Source: Vitrella brassicaformis CCMP3155 (lineage: Eukaryota; Protista; Chromerida). Taken from it: a stretch of DNA of 64,000 nucleotides. The notes beneath the pieces were generated by a model. It searched no databases. It was not told the DNA's origin and saw only the letters and a program-made list of their open reading frames with translations. Both the position numbers and the translations under genes were made by a program. Where the stretch lies: assembly GCA_001179505.1 (NCBI GenBank), contig CDMY01000433.1:1-64000 (forward strand), written 5' to 3'. Below, piece by piece: positions 1 through 10,072 of this stretch. How positions within the stretch are numbered: the first letter of the stretch is position 1; each line of letters begins with the position of its first letter.

Positions 1-142
1 CCACAGACCTTACGTTGCATTGACTTAATCCTTTATCCGGGACTGACCGCCCGGCAGATCCTCTCTTCACCATTCTCCCCGACTCTCTCCCCCCTATTCT
101 TACACTTTCTTTGAGTGCGATGTGAGGGGCAGATCTGACAGA

Positions 143-1619
143 ATGAGGGCGGCAGCACGGGAGCTGCTGCACACGGCAACCATGCAGACCATGCGTCGTA
201 GACTGAAGCATGCCGAGGCGCTTGGGGGAGGCAGATGTTTCGGCACCACTGTGCTGGGAGCTGTGTCTGAAGACCTGCTGCTCTCGCTGTCGATGGCCCA
301 TCTGCAGCAGAAACCTACCAACCAAAGGAGCCTCGCAGCTGCCCTCCAAGGTGCGCTGCATTTTTTTGTGAGATGGGAAGGTGCGGTGTGTTGGACCATG
401 TGTGTCATTCATATGGCTGTGTGCAGGCAGCGGCCTTGTGAGTAACCGCTGCGTGTTGGGTGTGGTCGGCTTCCTCGACAGGCGGTGGTTCGTGCCCGAC
501 AGCGTGGCCGAGCGGCTGGGCCAGCAGCTCTATCACGACCAACCGGCCGGCATCTCCATCGACGGCTCTGCCAATCATCATGTGATGACGTCGGGTGTGA
601 TGCACGCGCAGTGCCTCGAGGCATTGAACGTGCCAGCTGGCCATCGGTGCCTCGACCTGGGCTCCGGCACCGGCTGGATGACCGTCGCCATGGCAATGCT
701 GGTACGTATGTGTCCAATCAAAGAGGGCGTGTGCAGCCGACAGACACAAGTGACGTTGTGGTGCGTGGGTGTTTTGTGGGTGTGTCCGTTCGTCAGGCAG
801 GCGGGCGGCGAAGGGGGGTCAGTGGGCATCGACATAGAGCCATCGCTGGTCGACTTTGCTGCCACCACGGCACTTGCGCGGTGTGCCGATGCGTGTCATC
901 AAGAGAGGAGGCTCAACGTGCGGTTTGCCGGTCAGTCAGCGTTGCCCCCTGCCTGCTACAAACGAGAGAGACCACACCGACCTGTGCGTGTATATGCAGT
1001 GGGTGACATCCGCGACCCAGCCACATGGACATCATCACACCACCCTCGTGCATTCGACCGCATTCACATCGGTGTTGCGCTGCCCCAACTCCCGGAGCAC
1101 ATCATCGAGCTTCTGGCGCCAAACGGTGGGTGGGCACACACGACGCCATTCAGTGGATCTTCCGAAATGCCGTACTGATCGTTTGCCCTGTCTGTCTGCA
1201 GGTCGCACGGTGGTTCCAATTGGGGAGCTTTCGAGTGAACAGTCGCTGATGCTCGTGACAAAGGGGGACGACGGACAGACGGTCGGTGTGCACACCACAC
1301 AGCAATCAATACACGTAGACACACAGACACACGATGATGGTATACGCAGGTCACGCATCAAGAGCTGCAGAAAGTGGTGTTCTCTCATGTCGACGCGCCC
1401 CCTGCCGCCGAGCCACCGGCGTCCAAAACGTCTCCTTCTGCGGACGAGCTGCGTGAGCGACGGCGTGTGCTAGAGGAGAGGGTGGCTGAGTTGTGGCGGC
1501 GGGGGAGGGAAGGCAGGGCCAGCCTGAGTGACGCCCTCAAGGGCAGCAATGGCGCTGAGCTGTCGCGTGTGTTGGACGAGCTCAGACGAGTCAAGAGACT
1601 GTGCGAAGGGAAGCTGTGA
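143..1619 (+). CDS. PCMT1: Protein-L-isoaspartate O-methyltransferase (PIMT/PCMT family), multi-exon, with a C-terminal helical extension
   Basis: Spliced exons give the SAM-binding motif CLDLGSGTGWMTVAMAML, then GIDIEPSLVDFA, VGDIRD and FDRIHIGVALPQLPEHIIELLAPNG/RTVVPIG, matching PIMT motifs I-III. The last exon ends ...CEGKL* at 1619. Confidence 0.85.
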
Positions 1620-1771
1620 CATGATGAAGTAAGGTACTCTCGGTGTTTGAAAGGCGATCGTTCAACAAGAATCTACACCCTAGCTATAATCACACACACA
1701 CACACACACATGCGATTGATGGACAGCGGCTGCCCGGCTGCCTGCTTTTCTTCCCATCACTCATCGATCAT

Positions 1772-3678
1772 TCACACCAGCCCTCTTCTGAGGCTCTCGG
1801 CGAGCTTCACATGCGACAAATACTGTTCCCCGCTCCCTCCTGCATCCAACACCAGCACCAGACTCCTGAACGAAGGCACACACACACACACAAAGACAAA
1901 CACACAGACAAATGGCCACACACACCGACAGAGATTGTGTGGAATGGTCTCACCCACCTAACCACCCAGAGAAAATAGGCCGTTAGAGGCAGGAACACGA
2001 GGCATAAGAGGACGGTTGTGAAGGTGAAGGCAATCCAGAGGTGCGTCGACAGCACCCCGTTGACCATGGCCTGTGTCTCGGAGTGGTGCTGCTCGCCCGC
2101 CTTGCCTTCCACCTCGCCCTTCTCAACCATCGATGCCACCACGGCTATGAGGACCAAAGGCAGCAGCAGCTCCACGAAGCTGCCACAGACGTACAGCCAG
2201 TAGAACACCTGACAGGCAAAGAAAAAGGACGATGGCCGGCCATCAAAACAGAGAAAACGCGCCTTCTCTCTCTCGGACCTTTGTCCCGAGCGTGTGTCTC
2301 TTGTAGCAGGCCCAGCATCCCATCACACCGGTGACGAGCAGTAGGGCTGCCAGGGGGGCGTACACATACAGCGGGTGTTGGAAGGCCTGCAGGAAGCCCC
2401 CCAGGGCGCATAGGCCCGCCACCACTGCCCCGCCCAAACGGAGATTGAAGACGCAGAACAGTTTGCCCACTGGATAGCGGGCGGCCAGCTGGACACACAC
2501 GCACGGGCACACACACATTCGGATACACAAGCAATTTGTCTCCCTCTCTGGACCTACCAGATGGACGGCGGCAAACAGGCCTCCAGTTGCCAGTGCAGCG
2601 ATGACGCTGACGAGTGTGGCCACTTTTGACGACAGCTCTCGCCCCTTGACAGCCGTGTCGGGCGGCGGTGCGGCACCCTTTGGCTCACTGCAGTCGATGG
2701 CACACAGCTCGCGGACCGTATCCTTCCACTCAGCCAGCACCAGGCTGCCAATCGCCTGTATGCAGACATACAGGCGACAAAGATGTGAGGAATGGCGTCT
2801 GACGAAAGTACGTCTTCGGTGCAGCAGCCCGCTGTGCTGAAGTAGTTTTCGGCCTCGCCCAGGAGCGCCCCTGACGGCGACACCTTCACGTTGACATGCG
2901 CACAGTAGCATGACGCCTCGGCACTGATGTTCTCTGAATCGTGAGAAGGCACATCCATACCCCAACAATTATGGCCCAACGAGCCACCGTGCGTGTGTGT
3001 GACACTGTGTGTGTTTGTCTCACGAGCGTGGACAGTGCAGTTGCGGTAATCGGCAGCCCCTTCATCGCCGATCCTATCCACCACAGCTGCACCAACACAA
3101 CACCCACACCATTATCATCTCCCATGCTTTACTTCTCGTTCCCTCTGACCCTTATGGAACTGGGGGATGCACTGCTCAATCAGCGGCGGCAACACCGTCC
3201 CGGCCGGCACCCCAGCAGCCATGACATCAGCCGGGCTCTGTTCCAGAAGAGACCTCCCAACACGCCCATGGTGACGATGGTGACGCCGGGCCTTGTGTGA
3301 GTGTGTCCCCTTCTGCCCCTGCACCCCCGTCGTCATGAGTGCAGTCAGCAGGGCGTGCACCGCCAAAGGGCTCGGTGAGATCTCCTCCTCTGGACGAGCA
3401 AGGGATGGCCGCGGCTCCATTTGTTGAATGAAGCCAGCCACAAGACGAAGAACGGGCGCATCGAGGATAGTGGGCAGGGTGATGGCGTCCGCCGTCAAGA
3501 CATGGCGCCATTTGAATGCTGCTGTGTGGGCATCCGGCGGCTGGATGAGCGGTGCGAGAGGTGCCTTGAAGGACGCGTCGAACACATCGGCTGCAATGAT
3601 GATTGAGCTGCTGTGGTGGCCTTGGGCAGCTGTAATGATGAGGGCGCTGGTGAACAACAGAAGCCGAAGATGGGGCAT
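1772..3678 (-). CDS. Orphan multi-pass membrane protein with signal peptide, Cys-rich luminal part and about 4-5 C-terminal TM helices
   Basis: N-terminus MPHLRLLLFTSALIITAAQG is signal-like. Hydrophobic exons include ATLVSVIAALATGGLFAAVHL, LGGAVVAGLCALGGFL/YVYAPLAALLLVTGVMGCWAC, FVELLLPLVLIAVVASMV and LWIAFTFTTVLLCLVFLPLTAYF. The last exon ends ...LRRGLV* at 1772. No family recognised. Confidence 0.6.
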
Positions 3679-3691
3679 TGCCGAGATCAGT

Positions 3692-3833
3692 CCTAAACCC
3701 TAAACCCTCGACGAAAGTAAATCGGGTGGGGTTTCAGGTACAGGGTTTCGGGTCTAGGGTTCTTAGGGTTAGGTCTAGGGTTGTAAACCCTGTAGGGTCT
3801 AGGGTTCAAAACCCTGAAACCCGAACCCTGAAC
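3692..3833. repeat. Interstitial degenerate telomere-like repeats in both orientations
   Basis: CCTAAACCCTAAACCCT (3692-3708), then G-strand units such as TTTCAGG, TACAGGG, TTTCGGG, TCTAGGG, CTTAGGG, then AAACCCT, TAGGGTCTAGGG, and C-strand AAAACCCTGAAACCCGAACCCTGAAC. Confidence 0.85.
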
Positions 3834-3942
3834 TCTTTCCCTGCGACACTTTTGGACAACATCTGTGTAGTGTTCCGTCCTCTTTCGTCGCTCAAGTTGT
3901 CCTCCGTGGTTCCCCTGGCGGCGATCTTCCAAGATCTGCGAG

Positions 3943-6703
3943 ATGACTCCCGCAGCGATACTTGGGGTGCTCCTCGCTTGCGGCTTGGTGCATGGGTTCG
4001 ACATTCGAGAAGAGCGGGTGGTCTTTCCCGTTCCTGGGGCTGCTGTATCTGCTGAGGGGGAGGCCATCGAGCCACTCGAGGGATTTGTGGTGAGAACAAA
4101 TGTGCACACAGATCACCACCAAAGGTGTTGTTATTGTATGAGGTTGTGCTGCAGCTTTCGTCTATTCGTCTGTGTGTGTAGGCCTTTGACGCAGAGAATG
4201 AGCTGGGTGACAAACCAAGACCCACGATACTCATCATTCCTGACGCGTAAGCAATGCAGCACTGGCACACCAACCAACACACGCTCTTCTGTTTCTGCTT
4301 TGTCAGTGACGGGCTCACTGACTTTGAGGAGAACCGCGCCAGGATGCTGGCAATGCTGCCCGAAGGCTGGCTGGCCTTCGTCGCACCCATGTACAACGCG
4401 TCAGCGGTAGCAGACATCGATCGGCCGCAGAGGCGTGACGTCATGGCCACCGTATTCGCAGACAAGGAGGGCCTCATCAGCCGCATATCCGCTGCTGTCA
4501 GCTTCCTCGAGACGGTCCCAACGGTAAGCGAGACCTTGCAATGGGGATCGGATCACACCACGTTTCTGCCTCGTTCCTTGGTTTTCAAAGGCTGACACGT
4601 CGAAGATCGTGGCGACGGGGTACTGTTTCGGCGGATCCATCGTGGCTGACCTGGCGCGCGCCAATGTGAGCCTGGCAGGTGTCGTGTCGTACCATGGCGG
4701 TCTGTCGCGCATCCTGGAGAGAGAACAACAGCCCACAGACTTCGGCGACACACGAGTGAGATGAAATACATACATACAGGGGGCAGAGAGAGAGGTTCTG
4801 TGGATGTGGCTTCACTCTGTGTGTGTGCGTGTGTGTGCAGGTGTTGATGCTGAATGGTGCCGATGACCCTCTCATCCCCCGCGGTGACGTGGAGGAGTGG
4901 ATCGGCATCATGCAGGAGGGACAGGCAGGTCAGTCACCTCACCCACACACGTCACACCAGGACACGACACGTCAAGTGCTGCCCCGACCACGTGTGTGGC
5001 GCGCGTGTGTGCAGACTTTGAGTTCACTGACTTCTCTGACACGCTGCACTCGTTCACTCGACCAGACGCACAAGGGTCAGCTGGCTGCACAGCAAGGGGA
5101 CAGCCGGCGTGTCTGTGTCTGTGTCTGTGTCTGTCTGCTGATTCATATCATTATATGGCCCGTGTGTGTGTGTGTGATCAGCGACCGTTCCCGCTATGAT
5201 CTGTATGCGGATCAGCGCTCCTGGCTCGCCACACACCACTTCCTCAAGTCAGCCAGCAAGATGACCGTAGTAGCTGCATCTGCATAATGGCAACAAGTGC
5301 TGTGTTGTGTGGGGTCAGTTTGGTGTTTGGCTTCTCGACCCCCTGGAGCCTGCCCGAGTCGCCAGCGACACTTGTCAAGGAGGATGTCTCGTTCATGGCA
5401 CGCTCAGCACAGATCAGAACAAGGCTCCCGTCAATCATCGTACAATCGTGGGTGGATGTTGTGTATGTGTGTCTGTGTCAGGATGGGGATGAGGAGCTGA
5501 CGGGCTACATTGTCTACGACAGCGCCAAGGTGAAGGACAAGGCACCTGTTGTCATTGTCACCCAAGACTGGTCGGTCAGCCCACGCTGCACACATCAAGC
5601 AGGTGTGCAAGTGAGTCTGTCTGTCTGCCGTTGCCAGGGATGGCGTGAACGACTTTGAAAGGATGCGAGCAGATGCGACGGCATCGCTCGACCAGGGTAT
5701 GTGTATATGCGCAGATATGTGCACATGTGTATACGTAATGTGTATGCCCATTGTGTGCACACGTCAGGTTACCTGGTCTTTGCGTCGAGTGTCTACCCTG
5801 TCGGGTCGGTCTACGAGACCATCGAGCAGCGCATCGCACTCATTGGCGGCTTCTTCGGCGACCTCGACAATATTCGGTGACACACTGCTGTCCGCCATGC
5901 ATCCAACCACCATATTGTGTTGTGCGTTGACGGGCATGTGCGCAGTTCTCGCATGACGGCCATTGTCGAGTACATCAAGGAACACGAGCTCGCAGACCCT
6001 ACCAACATCATTGCCACCGGTCAGCTGCCACACACGCGTGTGCGCACGCTGTACTCATATCTCTCTTTGTGTGTGTGTGTCAGGGTATTGCTTTGGTGGG
6101 AGCAGTGTGCTCGAGCTGGCGCGTGCCGGCGTGGAGGGCGTGAAAGGTGTGGTGTCCTTCCACGGAGGGCTCGACAGCCTGGCCAACACCAACGTCACGT
6201 CGGACTTCGGCGACACAAAGGTACGCAAGATCCATCCACGAACGAGTGCACCTCGTGTCGTCCAATGCTTCCTTCCTTGTGTGTGCCGACCGACATCAGG
6301 TATTGATATTGACGGGCAACGATGACGACGGCATCAGCCGGTCCGCCGTCGAGACAGCCATTGCAACCATGAAGGCCGACAACGCATGTACAGACACACA
6401 CACACACACAGCGGGCAAACAGCATCCACGGCATTTTCCGCGCGCGTGTGTGTGTCTGTGTGTTCCTCTCTCTGTGCAGCATATGAGGTGACATCCTACG
6501 GCAACACTGTCCACAGCTTCACCGAGCCGACCGCCGACTCGTCCAACAGCCGATACAGCCCTTACGCCGACCAGCGCTCGTGGGAGAGCATGGTGGACTT
6601 TTTTGAGTCGACATTCGGCCTGGCTGAGAGCCCTTTGCCGTCGGTGGGCAAAGTCGGCGGCAACGGGGGAAGGCGCCGGCGGACCCTCAGAGCCGCTGAA
6701 TGA
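3943..6703 (+). CDS. Secreted protein with two tandem dienelactone hydrolase (DLH, alpha/beta-hydrolase) domains
   Basis: Signal peptide [18 protein letters not shown]. Domain 1 has [29 protein letters not shown] and YADQRSW. Domain 2 has GYCFGGS, VSFHGGL, LTGNDDD, TVHSFT and YADQRSW. The stop is at 6703. Confidence 0.88.
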
Positions 6704-7189
6704 ATGATGGAGGAGGATTGCTTTGTTTGTTCAATTCTCGGCCGTTGCGGCGCAATGCTCCTGCATGTGTCTCTCCTGGCTGTCTGTCTTTCTGGCGCCT
6801 GTGCGTGAGGGCATTTTGTAGTGCACATATGTCTGCAGGCCTATGTCTTTCTATCCACGCATTATGCAATTTTGGCCGTTCGTGTGTGATGTGGCTCGTG
6901 GCCGTTCCTCTGTGTCAGTCAGTCAGTCAGCCGCGGCTGCCCCTGCAGAGCGCTTCTTGCCGTGTGTAGATCGAGCCAATCGTTTTTCGTCTCTGTGCTG
7001 TGCTGTGCTGCTGGTTTGGTGTGTTGATTGGTGCATGGATGGCAGGTGTGCATGCGAGAGGCATGCAGGCTAGGCTGAGCGGACCGGGCGGCTGAGTTGA
7101 GCGGTTGTCGGAATGTGAATGGGAGACATGAGAGACGAATATGTAATGCATGGAGACATTACATCCCCAAACACCTTAGTGTGACGCAC

Positions 7190-9870
7190 ACACACCGAAT
7201 ATAAAATGCAGTCAGCGATCGATGCAGTGTCACCATGTGCCTGCTCCCTCCTCACGTACACCTTGGACTTGCCGCCCGTCTGGATCTGCTGCAGGTCCTC
7301 GTGGTGGCCGATGTATTTCCGCGTGTGTGTGCAGCAGCAAGCCCGCCACGCACCCTCCGTGTGTATGAGTGTGTGTGTGTGTGCAGATACGCGACAGCCA
7401 CGAACGCAAACATCGCGACAACGAGCACTCAGGATATAAAATGTAGGCAGCGATGTAATTTGGGCCCTCCCTCCCTGTCTCTGTCTGAACGCCCCCCTGA
7501 GCGCCCCCCTCACGTACACCTTGGGCTTGCCGCCCGTCTTGATCTGCCGCACTGCCGGGTCCTTGTGGCGGGCGATGTACTGCCGGGGCTGCTTCATGTT
7601 CATGTCGTCCAGGGCGGGGCTCGTCAGGGCACTCTGGGCTGCGGCCGCCGCTGCCGCCAGTCGCACGCTTGTCGTGGGCAGCGGGGCGGCGACGGCCGGC
7701 TGGTTGATGATGGGGGTCTGATGACACACAACGACAGACAGACAGACAGACAGACAGGAAGGGATGAAATGGATACGTTTGTATGGTCTGTCCTCTCCCT
7801 CATGGACGCACCTGTCTGGCAGCCGCGGCATTCTCCGACTTGGCCACGACGGCCTCGAGCTCCTGCAGCGACGGCAGCTCTATACGAGCATCTGTGTGGT
7901 GGAAGCCACACACACAGAGGAACAGAACAGATGGCAGAGTGTGAGCATGTGCAGGGATAGGGGTGCGGTGTCTGTGGGGGGGGGGGCGCTAGTAATGTAA
8001 TGTCTATCTCACGTCCAGATGCTCCTCGCCGCTGAATTCCCTGGCCTTGTCCAAGTCCTTCTCGTAGTTGACAGCCGTCTCGGCGGCCCTCAACCACACG
8101 ACTCCCTGAACGGACCACATGTAACACACAGCACACACAACACACAGCACACAACACACAGCCCGTATGATGGTGATGCCCCGCCGATATCCAGGGTGGC
8201 TCGGGAAGCCTTCATCATGGGCGTGGTCCCGTGACTTCCAGAGTGCCTCGGAACGCCTGCCCGAACCTGAGAAGAGAGACAAGGAAGGAAGATGAGACAG
8301 ACACATAAGTATGCTCTCTTCTCGTCCTCACTCTGCGGCGAAATGATGGTGCGTTTTGAATTTTTCTTCGTTGCTGGGGCTCTCTTCGGGGTCTTCACCT
8401 GCAAGCAACAGAGGCCCTTGACAGCGGTCTGCTGCTGTTCTTGGTGACGCATCTGCTGATGACTTGCCTGCACACATACGCATGGATGCGCGACAAATAG
8501 ATATACATAAACGCAAGAATGGTTTTCGCTGTATAGCGGTGCAGCGTGAGTGCGTGTCTCGCTTCCTGTCTGTTTCTTCAACCTTATCAACGATGTCCTC
8601 ATTTTACTGACCTGTACATGCGAGTGCCCGGACGGTCCGCCCTGTATATATATGGGGGGTGATTCGTGGTGTCCATGAAGAAGCACATGTCGAAATCGGT
8701 GAGCTTGACGGTGCCGTCAGCCGCAAACATCAAATTCTCGCCCTTGATGTCACGATGAATCAGCTGCAAACAGGAACACACCAAGAAGGGCCTCGCGTTC
8801 TGTCCGCGACCTGCTCTTCTCTCGCCGCTCACCCCAAGCTCTTCGTGCATCAATATATTGTCGTGCATATACTGGAGCGCGAAGAGCGCCTGCATGACAA
8901 TTCTCTTCACTTCACTCTCCTGGTTATGCAGCACATCAGGGCTCGGCAGCACGTCAAAGATGTTAGCGCCGGGCAGCTTCTCCATTGCCACGTAGAGGTG
9001 CTCGTTGTCCTCGAGCAGCTCGAAAATCTGGACAATGTGTGGATGATCGTTGCGGAGAAGCCTCTTGTAGATGTCCTTCAGATATGAAATGTCCACAAAT
9101 GGCCTGCATGCGTGGATGGACATTTGATCATGGACATTTGATCTGTGGATGGCCTACTCGAAGAGCTTCCTCTCGATGCGTTTGAGGGCACGGTCTTTGC
9201 CCTTCTTCCCCACCCATTCCCCTTCTCCTGTCACTCGAGCTCATCTTGCATCAGGCGTCTTATGATGTTTTCGATGCTCTCGTTGGAGGGCTGTCGCGCC
9301 TGTCCTGCGGCGACAGCCCCCAAATCTTGACTTTGATGCTGTTTGAGAGGCTCCCCTTGTTGAGGCTTGCCGTGCTTAGTCTTGCCCTTCTCGTTCTTGA
9401 TGAGCTCTCTAATGTACTTCTCGCCTGCGGTCTCACGATTTCGCTCGGCCTCGGCCACTTTGCCGCGGTTGACAATCTCTTGCAGCTCCTCGGCGAAGGC
9501 GGGGTCGGCTGAGGACATCGGCGTCGGCTCGGTGGCAACCGCCTTCGATCTCGTCTGGCTACTTTGATCTCGTCTGGCAACGTGCACAGCTTCTGGAGTG
9601 CCGCCTCGAATGCACTCTGCAACTGGCTGAGAGTTTCTCCAGGGGCCCCTCAAAGGCGCAGCTCTCTGACCAGGTCTTGGACAAGTACCTTGTTGCGAGG
9701 CAGGATGAACTCTCGCCCTCAATCTTGACGAAGAGGTCGAAGGTGTCAGGAATGTAGTAGATGTCCTCATGGCCATGTACAGAAGGAATTAGTCTGTCCA
9801 CTGAGGAGAACGGACTGAATCCTGGATTTTGCAGAAAAGAAAAGCCGTCGCCGTCTCAAATCTCGACGGA
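7190..9870 (-). pseudogene. Degenerate chimeric locus: unknown N-terminal part, partial CAMK/CDPK-like protein kinase, unrelated downstream exons; carries the shared leader and trailer motifs
   Basis: Kinase subdomains IV-VII are present (DHPHIVQIFELLEDNEHLYVAMEKL, LIHRDIKGENLMF, VKLTDFD, GTRMY). I see no Gly-loop or APE/C-lobe. A GKDRALKRIERK segment is out of frame with the upstream ORF and followed by TAG. Short tandem duplications lie at 9116-9143 (14 bp, perfect) and about 9543-9580 (19 bp, imperfect). Confidence 0.6.
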
Positions 9871-10072
9871 GCAGTCTCAGCTTGCAAAGTAAACTAGCTC
9901 AATCGCACAGGACCCACAGGCTTTAGGACTGGCGGCGTGCCACCAGTGCCTTAACGATTTCCGCATCCACACGTTCATGCTGCCAAACTGTGCCAATGTC
10001 TACTCGTCTGTCGCTACATATTGACACCCATTCATAGGCTCTCTCGCCACATGAGTGCAGCCAATCCGTCAG

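Noticed and set aside
9116-9143. Perfect 14-bp tandem duplication as a transposon footprint
   Set aside because: The copies are directly adjacent with no inserted element. Replication slippage in a degenerate or intronic stretch is sufficient.
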